From: Myxococcota bacterium
GTDB lineage: Bacteria; Myxococcota_A; UBA796; GCA-2862545
Length of the DNA stretch: 64,000 nt
Reading direction: 5' to 3'
Assembly (NCBI GenBank): GCA_039208735.1
Contig: JBCCQY010000031.1
Span: 1 to 64,000 of the forward strand
Every line of letters starts with the position of its first letter. Position 1 is the stretch's first letter. The notes under the pieces were generated by a model, which was not told the origin of the DNA, searched no databases, and saw only the letters and a program-made list of their open reading frames with translations. The position numbers and the translations under genes were made by a program. Below are positions 44,937-55,535 of this stretch, in pieces.

Positions 44937-46250
44937 TCACCAGGTACAGCGGCGCAACCGGACCTCGCAACGCACGGTGACCTCGTCCTGATCCCGTAGC
45001 GTAAGGGTACCGACAGGCACGTAGGCATCTTCGCCGTACTTGGCCTCGACGCGGTAACTCCCCGGGGGCACGGCCTGCAGGGACGGCACCGCACCGTCGG
45101 CGCCGAAGAGTCGAACCGCGGCATCGCCCTCGATGCGCACATAGGCCGCGGGCGGACGGGTCCCCACGACAATGCCCGTTCCGAGCAGCAGCAACGCGGC
45201 CAACGCCCCCGCCGCCGCGAAGGGCATCCATCGGGTGGTCGAAGCCCGCGACGGCACCTCAAAGGTCGCCCCGGACAGCTCACCGGTACCTGGCCGAGGC
45301 AGCGCCGAGATGGGCGCTGAACGGCGACGTTTCTTTCGCGGCGACCGAGGTGCCAGGTCGGTCAAGCGCAACATCCATGCGGGCGACAGCGTCACGGTCT
45401 GCGCCGCAGCCGTCTCGAGGTCCGGTCCCTCGGGGCCCGCCCAGATCGACCATAGGGTTTCGCAGTCCGGCACGCGGTCCTCGACGTCAAGTTCCAATGC
45501 CGCTTCGATCGCTTCGACAATGCGATCGGGCACTTCGGGCCGCAACTCGTGGACGGGAATCCAGTGCCCCCCTGTGATGTCCGACAGCGTGGCGAACGCG
45601 TTTTCGTTCTGGAACGCGCGGCGCCCCGTCACCAGCTCGTAGAGGATCGCTCCCAGGGCGAACAGATCGTTGCGGGGATCCACCGTGCGCGCGTTCCGGA
45701 TCTGCTCGGGCGCCATGTAGTTGGGCGTGACGAGCTGCGCTCCACTGCCGGTGAGCCCCGGTCGATGATCGCCCAACGTAGTGGCCAGCCCAAAGTCGAC
45801 GATCCGCGGCTTCACGGTCTGATCGGTAACTTCAAGGAGGATGTTCCCTGGCTTGAGATCCCGGTGGACCATGTCTGCTCGATGGCCCGCCGCCACCCCA
45901 GCGAGGATGCCTGGCACCAATTGCTCCACCACGTCCAGATCGAGGCGGACTTTCGACAGCACCCGGGTGAGCGTCGGTCCGTGGACGTAGGCCATAAGCA
46001 GGCCCGGGCTGCCGCCCACATCGAGCACGTCCGTCACGTTGACGACATTGGGATGGCGCAATTGCGCATGGAGCCGCCCCCCTGCGATCAGGCGATCCTG
46101 CACCGAGGGGTGCGTGAGGTGGAGCACCTTGAGGGCGTGCAGGGTGTCGGAGGCGAGGTGACGCACCCGATACACGGTGGCCAAAGCTCCAGTTCCCAAC
46201 GTCGCTTCTACGCCGAAGCCTTCGACGTTCATTCCGGTGGCAAGTTCCAT
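44937..46250 (-). CDS. Hanks-type Ser/Thr protein kinase with TM and short C-terminal domain
   Basis: LGTGALATVY, ALKV, HRDLKPGN, DFGLA, YMAPEQ; TM near the C-terminus. Confidence 0.93.
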   Translation of the reverse strand: MELATGMNVEGFGVEATLGTGALATVYRVRHLASDTLHALKVLHLTHPSVQDRLIAGGRLHAQLRHPNVVNVTDVLDVGGSPGLLMAYVHGPTLTRVLSKVRLDLDVVEQLVPGILAGVAAGHRADMVHRDLKPGNILLEVTDQTVKPRIVDFGLATTLGDHRPGLTGSGAQLVTPNYMAPEQIRNARTVDPRNDLFALGAILYELVTGRRAFQNENAFATLSDITGGHWIPVHELRPEVPDRIVEAIEAALELDVEDRVPDCETLWSIWAGPEGPDLETAAAQTVTLSPAWMLRLTDLAPRSPRKKRRRSAPISALPRPGTGELSGATFEVPSRASTTRWMPFAAAGALAALLLLGTGIVVGTRPPAAYVRIEGDAAVRLFGADGAVPSLQAVPPGSYRVEAKYGEDAYVPVGTLTLRDQDEVTVRCEVRLRRCTW

Positions 46251-46420
46251 GGTGTCTCTCAACCTCTCCGAACCGAGGCCGGCCCCAATCCATTGGACAC
46301 CATTGCGAGCGATTGTGAACGTTTCAGCGGGGTCACATCCCCAATCTGCCAATCCATGACGTCATGATGCCGTTTTCGGTGTCATGATCGCAAGACGGAG
46401 GCGCGCCCTCTGGAGGAAGT

Positions 46421-47074
46421 GTGATGGGTGACGTGGAGAGCACCAAGGCTGGAATGGGGATCGGAACCCTTGGCGTGATGGTGGGCGTGCTTGCGCTGGT
46501 CGGCATGGCCGTGGCGAGCACGTTGGCCTGGCGAAATCAATCCGACGCAGAGGCCAGCATGGCGACCCTCACCGAGCTGCAAGCCCGGTGGACGCTGGCC
46601 CAGCGTGACCTCGAGGCGACGACCGCCGAGCTCGAGTCGATGAAGGCCGAGGGCGCCCAGTACGACGACGCCCGGAAGCGGACGGAGGTGGAACTCGCCG
46701 ATCTCGGGGCGCAGGTCGAACGCCTGGAGAAAGAACTCGCCACCCTTCGCCGGCAGCTCCGCGCTCCCGCAAAAGCAAAGGCCACGCCGAAACTCCCTGA
46801 AGATGCTCCGGAGCTCGCAGAGGTAACGGCACTCCCCATCCTCGATGAAGCGTTGCTCGAGGAACTCGACAACGAAGATGGAGGCACGCCTCCACTCGCA
46901 AAGCTGGCGCCGACCAATCCCTTTGTGTTTCCAGACTCGGCCGCTGACGGACCCAAACCCGCGGTACTGGTGCCTCGGTCCCCTGACGCGGCGCCTTCAG
47001 CGTTCCTCGTGCCCACGCCTGACGCACCTCCGGCGGCCACCCTCACGCCCTCCGCCCCCACGACCACGCCGTGA
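46421..47074 (+). CDS. Membrane-anchored coiled-coil protein with Pro-rich tail
   Basis: N-terminal TM, heptad region, PA/PD-rich C-terminus; GGAGGA RBS. Confidence 0.7.
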   Translation: MMGDVESTKAGMGIGTLGVMVGVLALVGMAVASTLAWRNQSDAEASMATLTELQARWTLAQRDLEATTAELESMKAEGAQYDDARKRTEVELADLGAQVERLEKELATLRRQLRAPAKAKATPKLPEDAPELAEVTALPILDEALLEELDNEDGGTPPLAKLAPTNPFVFPDSAADGPKPAVLVPRSPDAAPSAFLVPTPDAPPAATLTPSAPTTTP

Positions 47075-47508
47075 CGCTTCCGTCGGACTTGGCGTCCCGC
47101 GGGCTGGTCGCACACCCGGAGGGAGGCTGGTTTCGCGAAACATGGCGTTCCACACTTTGTACCGTCATCGACTTCGCCCTCGAATCCGGCACCTTCAGCG
47201 CGTGGCACCGCGTCCGGGGGGCAGACGAAGTGTGGACCTACGTGCGCGGCTGCCCGCTGCGCCTCCATGTGATCCACCCCGACGGGCGCTACGAAACGCT
47301 GGTGCTCAACGATGAGCGGTCGAGTGCGGTGGTCCCCGCCGATGCCTGGCAAGCCGCAGAACCCGTCGGGACAGCCGCTCCCTACGTACTCGTGACGTGC
47401 ACGGTGAGTCCTCCGTTTGCGTTCGACCGATTCGACCTGGCCGATGCGACCCTCGCTCGGTCGTTCCCAAACCATGCTCCCGTCATTGACAGGTTCTTAC
47501 CTGGCTAG
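47071..47508 (+). CDS. Cupin_5 (DUF985) family protein
   Basis: HPEGGWFRETWRS, SAWHRV..DEVW, WQAA, CTVSPPF. Confidence 0.9.
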   Translation: MTLPSDLASRGLVAHPEGGWFRETWRSTLCTVIDFALESGTFSAWHRVRGADEVWTYVRGCPLRLHVIHPDGRYETLVLNDERSSAVVPADAWQAAEPVGTAAPYVLVTCTVSPPFAFDRFDLADATLARSFPNHAPVIDRFLPG

Positions 47509-48182
47509 AACGTGTGCAGCGTGCGGGGCAGGTGGTCACGTTCGTTGAACCGGTCGAGGGCGAAGATGTGACCGGTGCTCATCGCCCGGGATCGCACGAC
47601 GACGAGGCCTGCATGGCCAAGCCGAAACCGCTCCCAAGACCACGGCACCGGTTCCACCCCCAAGAGGTGGCCCAACGAAGCGCCCGACGTTCCTGCGTGG
47701 CACACCACCACCACCCGCAGCTCACGGGGCAAGTCACGCCAATGGGGCGGTTCCGTGGTCCGGGACGCGCCAAGCGATGTGAGTTCGGCGTTCCAGCCAT
47801 CCGCGATTCGCTTGGTGAATGCACGGAGGTCTTCTCCGCCCGGCAACCCATGCCACCATTCATCAAGAGGACGTCCACGCATTCCGCCGATGCGTTGACG
47901 GATCTCGGCCCGGGTGAGGCCTTCCAGATCGGTGGGCTGTGCCTCGAGGAGCCAATCGAGCGTGCGTACAGGCACGTCGAGGCGTTCGATGAGCGGTTCT
48001 GCGGTCTGCTGGGCCCGCAACGCAGGCGAGACCCAGATCGCATCGACCTCCGGCCAGTTCTCGGCCCGCTCCGCAAGCCGGGCCGCCTGCTCGATTCCCC
48101 TATCGGTAAGCGCTGGATCCATGCGATGCCGACCTTCGGGCATCCAGTCAGGTTCCGCATGCCGTATGAGGCAGATGTCCAT
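47505..48182 (-). CDS. Histidine phosphatase family protein
   Basis: LIRHAE, SPALRAQQT, VVCHAG. Confidence 0.9.
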   Translation of the reverse strand: MDICLIRHAEPDWMPEGRHRMDPALTDRGIEQAARLAERAENWPEVDAIWVSPALRAQQTAEPLIERLDVPVRTLDWLLEAQPTDLEGLTRAEIRQRIGGMRGRPLDEWWHGLPGGEDLRAFTKRIADGWNAELTSLGASRTTEPPHWRDLPRELRVVVVCHAGTSGASLGHLLGVEPVPWSWERFRLGHAGLVVVRSRAMSTGHIFALDRFNERDHLPRTLHTF

Positions 48183-48233
48183 GGCTCCTCCGCAGAACGT
48201 GGTTGCTACCAGGAACCCGCCGAGGCTCAGGAT

Positions 48234-48728
48234 TCAGCCCCCTTCCCACTCCACCGACGCCAATCGCCAGCTGTTGAACCCGTGGTTGTGGATGTGAAAA
48301 CCGAGGCGTTCGGCACCTTCTACGCCTCGCGGCAACATGACATCAAACGGATGAACATCGGCCGGGGCGGGGATCGCGATCGTTGTTTCCCACACCACGA
48401 CGTCGCCAAGCAAAATCGCGACGTGAGCGTCACCGGCCACGGCAGTATCGAGATCCTCGTGCCACACGGTCCCAAAGACCCGATCTCCTCGCCGCACCTC
48501 AACGATCAACGGCTGCTCGAACGCGCCGTAGTGGCAAGCGCCCGTCTGTACCTCGAAGCCTCCCGATTCGGGCCCGTAGGTCGCAACGGGGCAGGTTGGG
48601 TCGTCGGGACGATGGTCGATGAACGGGTCAACCTCGGCCGGCATCCACGCCCACGCCGCCGGGTCGTCGAGGCGCATCGGTGGTCCAACGTCGGACGCAC
48701 ACCCCCAAAAGGCGAGCAGCAGCATCAT
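48234..48728 (-). CDS. Hypothetical lipoprotein
   Basis: MMLLLAFWG-C; C-terminal FHIHNHGFNSW. Confidence 0.65.
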   Translation of the reverse strand: MMLLLAFWGCASDVGPPMRLDDPAAWAWMPAEVDPFIDHRPDDPTCPVATYGPESGGFEVQTGACHYGAFEQPLIVEVRRGDRVFGTVWHEDLDTAVAGDAHVAILLGDVVVWETTIAIPAPADVHPFDVMLPRGVEGAERLGFHIHNHGFNSWRLASVEWEGG

Positions 48729-48822
48729 CCGATCACCGAGTGCATTCGGACCTCCGCAGGTTTCATAGACGGGGTGTGTGGAGCGGATATGGAGCCCGCG
48801 GTTCGCGTCTGGAGGTCTTCCC

Positions 48823-49776
48823 GTGCCCCTCGCCACTGAACCCACGCTCCCTCACATCGGCCACGCCCTGGCCCGCCTCGATGACTTTGGAGCCCACGAC
48901 ATTAGCGCGGCAGTGGTGATCGACGTCGAGGGTCACCCCATCCTTGGCGCCGTGTCCGACGAAGGACGGATCGTCGCGTTCGTGCCGCTCGAGCCAGATG
49001 CGGGTCTCGAACCGCTTGGATTCGACCTTGGCACCGTAACCACGGGCATCGACGACAAGGAGATCGACCTCGAGGGGGTCACGGTGCACAACGGCGCGCT
49101 GGTGGCCATTGGATCGTTGTCGTTCAAGCGCCGTCGCGTCAAAGACAAGCACGATCTCGAAGAGGCGCTCGAACGCCTCGCCAAGGTGGGCAAAGCATCG
49201 GGTGGTAAGCGCACCCACAGCGATCATGCCTACGTCCTGCAACCCCGCCTCGATCATGGCCGCTTGACGGTCGACTTCGTGCGACGCATCGAAGTCCGCT
49301 CGCACCTGGCTGAGCTGCCGTTGCTCGCTCCCTTTGCGACCTTGCCCAGTAAAGACAACGGGCTCGACGTCGAGGGGCTCACCTTCCACGAAGGCTCTTT
49401 CTACCTGGGTTTGCGCGGACCCGTCCTCCGCGGCCAAGCCCTGTTGGTGCGCACCACGTCGGATTTCGAATCGCCTACGCTCCTCCCGCTCGGCCTCGAC
49501 GGCTGGGGCATTCGTGCGGTGACCCCACGCGGTCCTGGCGAGTTGTGGGTGGTCAGCGGACCCACGATGGCCCACCCCGGCCCGTTCACGCTTTGGCGAG
49601 TCGAACCTCACGCCACGCCACGCCCTAAGGCCACCCGCATGGGGGAGCTTGCCGTGCCCGGCGCGGGCAAAGTGGAAACCGTGTTTGCCTATCGGGGCAC
49701 GCTCCACATCTTGGTCGACGGGCTGGCCGGCGGCGACCCTCGAACCGTGCTTCGGTGCGACGCAGCGCTGGGGTAG
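48823..49776 (+). CDS. DUF3616-like (beta-propeller) protein
   Basis: DLEG, GSLS.KR, PSKDNGLDVEGL, LGLRGPVLRG, SGPTM. Confidence 0.75.
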   Translation: MPLATEPTLPHIGHALARLDDFGAHDISAAVVIDVEGHPILGAVSDEGRIVAFVPLEPDAGLEPLGFDLGTVTTGIDDKEIDLEGVTVHNGALVAIGSLSFKRRRVKDKHDLEEALERLAKVGKASGGKRTHSDHAYVLQPRLDHGRLTVDFVRRIEVRSHLAELPLLAPFATLPSKDNGLDVEGLTFHEGSFYLGLRGPVLRGQALLVRTTSDFESPTLLPLGLDGWGIRAVTPRGPGELWVVSGPTMAHPGPFTLWRVEPHATPRPKATRMGELAVPGAGKVETVFAYRGTLHILVDGLAGGDPRTVLRCDAALG

Positions 49777-49795
49777 CCTCCGCTCGGAGGAGCCC

Positions 49796-50680
49796 ATGAC
49801 GACCTACTCGATCGGCCTCGTGCTGACCATCGGATGTACCGACAGCCTTCCCGAAGAACAAGACTCGGCCGCCCTGGCCCCTGTGGTCGATCGGTTCACC
49901 AACGGCGAGCGTCTCGTCATCGCGCATCGCGGGGGGCGCGGCATCGGACCGGACCACACCATCGAGACCTTTCAGGCCGGCCTCGATCTGGGCACGGACG
50001 TGCTCGAACTCGATGTGCACACCTCGAGCGACGGTGAGGTCGTGGTCATCCACGACGACACCGTCGACCGCACCACAGAGGGCACCGGACGGGTCAACGA
50101 CTTCACCTTAGCCGAACTCCAAGCGCTCGACGCCGGCTACACCTGGAGCCCCGATGGGGGGACCTCCTTTCCATTTCGCGGCAAGGGCCAGCGCATTCCC
50201 ACCATGGCCGAGGTGTTCGAGGCCTTCCCCGACCACTGGTACGTCATTGAAATCAAGCAGGCCGATCCGCCCATGGTGGACCCCTTCCTCAAGATCCTCC
50301 AGACCTTTGGTCTCGAGCAACGCACCATCGTGGCCAGCTTCTCGGACGAGGTCATTCAGGCGGTGCGCGCATCGGAAACCGGCGTGCGCACCAGCTTTGG
50401 CGAGGGGGAAGCCACCGAGTTCGCCCTTATCGACCTTTCGGCCCTTGCGACCTACGATCCACCGGCCGAGGTGCTTCAATTGCCACCGACTGCCCTCGGG
50501 GGATTCGAAGTCATCAACGAGACGTTGATCGACAACGCCCGCCGGTTTGAGCTGCCCGTCCACGCCTTCACGATCAACGAGCGAGAAGAGATGGACCGGT
50601 TGCTCGCCTTGGGCGTGGATGGCCTGATCACCGACTGGCCCGATCGTGCCCGGGCCGCCATCGACGCGCTTAGCGAATGA
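49796..50680 (+). CDS. Glycerophosphodiester phosphodiesterase (lipoprotein-like N-terminus)
   Basis: IAHRGG, ELDVH.SSDG.VVVIHD.TVDRTT, IEIK, GVDGLITDWP. Confidence 0.93.
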   Translation: MTTYSIGLVLTIGCTDSLPEEQDSAALAPVVDRFTNGERLVIAHRGGRGIGPDHTIETFQAGLDLGTDVLELDVHTSSDGEVVVIHDDTVDRTTEGTGRVNDFTLAELQALDAGYTWSPDGGTSFPFRGKGQRIPTMAEVFEAFPDHWYVIEIKQADPPMVDPFLKILQTFGLEQRTIVASFSDEVIQAVRASETGVRTSFGEGEATEFALIDLSALATYDPPAEVLQLPPTALGGFEVINETLIDNARRFELPVHAFTINEREEMDRLLALGVDGLITDWPDRARAAIDALSE

Positions 50681-52046
50681 CCTGGGCCACCGAGATCGAA
50701 GGGTCTTTGCGCCAGGGCAGCCAAATCGAAAACGTCGACCCTGCTCCCATGGTGCTCTGGACCGTCAGATCGCCCCCCATGCCCCGGGTCATCTCCCGTC
50801 CGATGGCCAGTCCAAGGCCCGTGCCCCGCCGTTTGGGGGAGCCCGGGGAGTCCAGCTGAACGAACTTGTCGAACACCCGTTCGAGCTGATCTTCAGGAAT
50901 GCCACGGCCGGTGTCCTGCACATCGATGCCAAGACCGATCACCCCTTGGCGCGACCGTGCTCCAGCCCGCACCAAGATTTGCCCTTGTTCCGTGAATTTG
51001 GCGGCATTGTTCACCAGGTTCACCAACACCTGGGTGAGCCGGGTCCGATCGGTCTGGATGGGCGGCAGGTTGGACTCAACCTCGATGCGCAGCTCATTTC
51101 CGTGTTCGATGACGAGCGGGGCCACCGTGGTCGCGGCATGCTCAACCAGCTCGTTCACGCTCGCATCTTCGTAGATGTACTCCCAGGCTCCTGACTCCAC
51201 TTTGGCGAGATCAAGGATGTCGTTGATCATGGTGAGCAGGTACGAAGCGGCATTGAGGATGTGCTGCAGGTCCTCTCGGGCTTCGCGATGGTTCGGATCG
51301 AGGTCTTCGTGGACGAGTTCCGCGTAGCCAATCACCGCGTTCAGCGGCGTGCGAAGTTCGTGGCTCATGTTGGCGAGGAAGTAGCTTTTGGCGCGACTCG
51401 CTTGGTAGGCCCGTTCCTCGGCCGTGCGGCGGACCCGAACCTCGCGCTCGAGTTCCTCGGTTCGCTCTCGCACGCGCTCCTCAAGGTGGAGGCGAGCCTG
51501 CTGTAGTTCCTCTTCGCGTATGACCAACGCATCGACCGTACGAGCGTACAACGCCACCCAAAGGACGTTGAACAGCGAGGCGGTCGCCACCGTGACGAAC
51601 GCCATCGTGCCCCCCACCAAGCCGTCGGGCGACAGGGGAACCGCGATACCGAGGCCCACGAGGGTCATCAGGTGCAACGCCACATTGAGGCGAACGGTAC
51701 TGAACAGGTAGCCAGCACAGTACTGCACCAGAATCACGCCCACCACGCGGGTCAAGCTGAAGTCGTTGATCGCGGCCAGGACGATGATCCACTGGATGAT
51801 GAGCTGGATCGACAAGAAGCTGAAAATCACCAGGTTTCGTCGAACGAAATCCGAAACGAACGACAAGGCCAATGGCGCGAACACGAACCCGGAGATGACC
51901 AACCGAACCCAGAGCGGGTCCCATTCGTCAGGTACGAGCAGCTGATACACCAACCAGAACGCGACCGTCAGCGTGCCTGCCGCCGGAAGTAAACTCCGGT
52001 GCAACCGTACTTCTTCGTTGGAAAGGCGATCTTGAACACGCGTCAT
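50670..52046 (-). CDS. Membrane-bound sensor histidine kinase
   Basis: FLANMSHELRTPL (H box), NLVNNAAKFT, DTGRGI, GTGLGL; multiple N-terminal TMs. Confidence 0.95.
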   Translation of the reverse strand: MTRVQDRLSNEEVRLHRSLLPAAGTLTVAFWLVYQLLVPDEWDPLWVRLVISGFVFAPLALSFVSDFVRRNLVIFSFLSIQLIIQWIIVLAAINDFSLTRVVGVILVQYCAGYLFSTVRLNVALHLMTLVGLGIAVPLSPDGLVGGTMAFVTVATASLFNVLWVALYARTVDALVIREEELQQARLHLEERVRERTEELEREVRVRRTAEERAYQASRAKSYFLANMSHELRTPLNAVIGYAELVHEDLDPNHREAREDLQHILNAASYLLTMINDILDLAKVESGAWEYIYEDASVNELVEHAATTVAPLVIEHGNELRIEVESNLPPIQTDRTRLTQVLVNLVNNAAKFTEQGQILVRAGARSRQGVIGLGIDVQDTGRGIPEDQLERVFDKFVQLDSPGSPKRRGTGLGLAIGREMTRGMGGDLTVQSTMGAGSTFSIWLPWRKDPSISVAQVIR

Positions 52047-52086
52047 GGTTCGGTCGGCCGCAGCGGATTGGGCGAGGGGTCAGGTG

Positions 52087-52833
52087 TCAGGGCGCAGGGA
52101 CCCTATCGGTCTTCAGAGCCTCCGACAGGAACAACGTGCCTCTACGAACATCGATGACAATGTCCACGGCACCGCTTCCCTTCCGAGCCCGAACAAAGTC
52201 GTCGCTGGCCTGGACCTCGTCAAATGTGAATCCGGTCAACTCGGCCCTTGCCCCTTCCGAAAGCAACGCATCGAGCCGCACTTCAACCCCGGGCGGAAGG
52301 GTGATGAACGCATCGCCGGTCACGTCGATCACCCAAACGTCGCCCGGTGCAGGCTCCCCACTGAGCACCAAACCGTCTTCGGTCGCGGTGAGCCGGCGAT
52401 CCCCATCCCCTGCCCGCACCTCGATGCGGGGCGCCTCGATGGTCTGGTCGCCAGACAGCCCTTCGATCTGCACGTCTCCGTGCTCGACGACGGCCTGAAC
52501 CGACAGCGCATCGCCTCCCGTGATGCGAACATCGGTTCGCCGTTCGGGGTGACTCGCCGGCGCGTCAATGCGCACCGCGTCGAGCACCCGCTCGATCAAC
52601 ACCGGATCGGCTTCGTTGCGCTTCACCGCACGGCGCACGGTGCCCGCCGAGGCCGCGCGCTGGGCCACGACAGTAAGTTCCGCAGCCTTGCGCCCGTCGA
52701 TCTGCAATGACCCCCGGGTCAGGTTCGCCTCGACCACCGCGACCGAATCGGTCGGGAAGGACTGCTCGAATTGGTCGGCCGCGGATGCCCCGCAACCTCC
52801 GCCGATTCCGGCGATGAGGGCGACGCGCCACAT
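52087..52833 (-). CDS. Hypothetical lipoprotein (DUF4097/adhesin-like beta repeats)
   Basis: MWRVALIAGIGGG-C; GDVQI / GAVDI-like repeats. Confidence 0.55.
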   Translation of the reverse strand: MWRVALIAGIGGGCGASAADQFEQSFPTDSVAVVEANLTRGSLQIDGRKAAELTVVAQRAASAGTVRRAVKRNEADPVLIERVLDAVRIDAPASHPERRTDVRITGGDALSVQAVVEHGDVQIEGLSGDQTIEAPRIEVRAGDGDRRLTATEDGLVLSGEPAPGDVWVIDVTGDAFITLPPGVEVRLDALLSEGARAELTGFTFDEVQASDDFVRARKGSGAVDIVIDVRRGTLFLSEALKTDRVPAP

Positions 52834-52891
52834 GACCCCTCCACCAGGGCGGCATATCCCGCGCCGCGCAGGTTGGGATAGGGAAGCCACC

Positions 52892-54394
52892 ATGCGTGAC
52901 ATCGCCGTTGTTGTGGTGCTAGCTGCAATCGTGTGGCTCGGGCTCGCCTTTCCGCTCGTGATGCCATTTCCCGAAACGGTGGATTGGCCAGGCCATCAGG
53001 TCCGCCATGCGTTGGCCCTGTCGCTTCACGAGGATTCCGTTCTCGCCGGACTCTACGCCGTCGAATGGCGCCCCATCCCCAACCTGGCCGGTGACCTCGC
53101 GATGATGCTACTCGGCCCGATCTTCGGGGTGTCGATCGCGGGCCGGCTCCTGCTCGCCCTGGGCATGGCGGGATGGGTGGCCGCACCGTTGTTGCTGCAA
53201 CGCGCCCTCTTTGGTCAAACCACCCTTTGGCCATTGGTCGCAAGCCTGTTCGTCTACAACGCCATTCTCTACATGGGCTTCGAGAACTTCTACCTCACGG
53301 CTCCGCTGGCGATGGCCGCATTCGCGGGGTGGGTCGCAACCGATGAAGAGGCATGGAACGGACGAAGGCTCGGACTCCTCGCCGTAGCAGCACAGCTGGT
53401 GTGGTTTGGGCACCTCGTGGTGTGGGGCGTGCTGGGCCTTTGGATCGGCAGCTACGAACTTGGCCGCCCCGGCGCCGACCTTCGCACACGCCTCACGCGC
53501 ACCCTGGCCGCAGGGGCAATGTTCCTGCCCGGGGCCGTCCTGTTTGTCTGGCAGCAGATCGCAAGCCCGGCCACCCATGGCGGGGGCACGGTGTGGGCCG
53601 GTGCGGGATTTCAGAAACTCGGGTTGGTGCTGTCGCCCGTGTTGCAGTACCAGCCAAACCTCGACCTCACGATGCTGCTCGTGGTGCTGCCCTTGGTGGC
53701 CACCTTCACGCTGCTCGACGGATCCCCCCGCATCCACCGGCGAATGCAGTGGGTCGTGGCCATCATGGGGGTCGTCACGTTGCTGATGCCCGGGCGCCTG
53801 ATGGGGGTGGGCTTCATGGACCAGCGGCTTCCCGCGATGTGGCTGGGTCTCTTGGTCGCCTCCACCGAGGTCACGTTCACCAAGCGCACGGTTGCGGTGG
53901 GGGTGGGCGCCCTCGTGGGCCTGGCATTGGTCACCCGGATCGGGACGACCTTTCAACGCTGGTCCAGGCATTCGGCGGAAACCGCCGAACTCCTCACCCT
54001 TCGCGACTACCTTGAACCTGGACAACGGGTATTGCCAGCCGGTACCGACCGCATCGCGCACTACCACACGGCGTCGTGGCTCGTGCCCGAAGCCCGCGTG
54101 TTCCTGCCGAGCCTGTTTACGGGAGCCCACCTCTTGCAGGTCGACCCTGCGGTCGCTCCCTTGGATCACCCCACGCCGGCTCCCCCAAGTCGGGAGACCT
54201 TGCTCGAAGCCCGAAACCAACGGGGCCGGTTCGCGCCAGGCGGAGATCCCGCGGATCTCGTCTACCTGACCCACTGGTGGACGGACTTCGACCATCTGCT
54301 GTGGCTCGATCCCGGCCCTCCGCCGTGGCCTCTCGAAACGGTGGCCAAAGGAAGCTGGTTCACGCTCTACCGGCTGCCCCCCGAAACGCCCTGA
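52892..54394 (+). CDS. Polytopic membrane protein, probable GT-C fold glycosyltransferase
   Basis: VDWPGH, PIPNLAGD, YMGFENF motifs; about 11 TMs and a soluble C-terminal domain; heads a sugar operon. Confidence 0.6.
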   Translation: MRDIAVVVVLAAIVWLGLAFPLVMPFPETVDWPGHQVRHALALSLHEDSVLAGLYAVEWRPIPNLAGDLAMMLLGPIFGVSIAGRLLLALGMAGWVAAPLLLQRALFGQTTLWPLVASLFVYNAILYMGFENFYLTAPLAMAAFAGWVATDEEAWNGRRLGLLAVAAQLVWFGHLVVWGVLGLWIGSYELGRPGADLRTRLTRTLAAGAMFLPGAVLFVWQQIASPATHGGGTVWAGAGFQKLGLVLSPVLQYQPNLDLTMLLVVLPLVATFTLLDGSPRIHRRMQWVVAIMGVVTLLMPGRLMGVGFMDQRLPAMWLGLLVASTEVTFTKRTVAVGVGALVGLALVTRIGTTFQRWSRHSAETAELLTLRDYLEPGQRVLPAGTDRIAHYHTASWLVPEARVFLPSLFTGAHLLQVDPAVAPLDHPTPAPPSRETLLEARNQRGRFAPGGDPADLVYLTHWWTDFDHLLWLDPGPPPWPLETVAKGSWFTLYRLPPETP

Positions 54395-54410
54395 TCTCGG
54401 AGCCTTACGC

Positions 54411-55535
54411 ATGAATGTGCCCTTCTATCGCCACGCGGTGTCCCCCGACTGGGCGTCCACCGTCGCCGATGTGATCGCCACACCGTTTCTGACCAGCGGT
54501 GCCGTCGGTCGGCGGGTCGAAGCCACGATGGCGGAGTTTTTCGGGGTCCCCCACGTCAAGCTCACCAACAGTTGGACCAACGGGTGTGTCGCGACCCTGC
54601 TCGCCCTCGACATCGGTCCGGGCGACGAGGTCATCGTGCCCGCAATGACGTTTGTGGCGTGTGCCAACGTCGTCACCCTCGTGGGCGCCACACCGGTGTT
54701 CGCGGACGTCGATCCGAACACGCTCCTCGTCACACCCGATTCGGTCGCCGCCGCCGTCACTCCGGCCACCAAGGCGGTCATGCCCGTGCACCTTTACGGG
54801 CAGGTGCTCGATGTGCGGGCCTTGCGCCAACGCATCGGCGACCTCACGATCATCGAAGACGCCGCGCACGCGTTCGAAGCCACCTTCGACGGCGACCGTC
54901 CCGGAACCCATGGCGATTGCGCGATCTTTTCGTTCTACGCCACGAAGAATGTGACCTGCGGGGAAGGCGGAGCCGTGATCACGCGGTCCGCGGACCTTGC
55001 CGAACGCATCCAGCAGACCGTGCTCCATGGCATGAGCGCAGGCGCCGCAGACCGGTTTAAGCAAGGCCAGTATCGACATTGGGATGTGGCGCGCCTGGGG
55101 ACGAAGGCCAACCTGCCCGATCTGCTTGCCGCGCTACTCGAGCCGCAACTGCCCCTCGTCGATGCCCAACGCGCGCGACGTCAGGCGGTCCACGAGCGCT
55201 ATGTGGCGGGGCTGACCGGCATCGACGGCGTGCGCTGGCCTACCCTGCACGATGCGGCCGTCTCGGCGCACCATCTGTTCCCCATCGCCGTGGCGCCGGC
55301 GCGCCGCGACGATCTCCTCGCCCACCTGGGAACCCACGGTGTGGGCGCCACGGTGAACTACAACCCGGTGCCCCTCACCACGCTCTACCGAGAGCGGTTC
55401 GGATTGACCGGAGCAGACTTTCCCGTGGCAACCGAATGGGGACACGGCACGGTGTCGCTCCCGCTTTACCCGGACCTGCCTCACGACGAACAGCAATACG
55501 TGATCGATTCGGTACGGAGGTTCTTCGATGCCTAA
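54411..55535 (+). CDS. DegT/DnrJ/EryC1/StrS sugar aminotransferase (ArnB-like)
   Basis: GPGDEVIVP, PVHLYG, IEDAAHA, FSFYATKN..GEGG, SLPLYP. Confidence 0.95.
   Translation: MNVPFYRHAVSPDWASTVADVIATPFLTSGAVGRRVEATMAEFFGVPHVKLTNSWTNGCVATLLALDIGPGDEVIVPAMTFVACANVVTLVGATPVFADVDPNTLLVTPDSVAAAVTPATKAVMPVHLYGQVLDVRALRQRIGDLTIIEDAAHAFEATFDGDRPGTHGDCAIFSFYATKNVTCGEGGAVITRSADLAERIQQTVLHGMSAGAADRFKQGQYRHWDVARLGTKANLPDLLAALLEPQLPLVDAQRARRQAVHERYVAGLTGIDGVRWPTLHDAAVSAHHLFPIAVAPARRDDLLAHLGTHGVGATVNYNPVPLTTLYRERFGLTGADFPVATEWGHGTVSLPLYPDLPHDEQQYVIDSVRRFFDA

Noticed and set aside
46930..47070. Pro/Ala-rich near-repeats (PAVLVP / AFLVP / ATLTP) in the coiled-coil gene
   Set aside because: Low-complexity protein linker, not a DNA repeat element.
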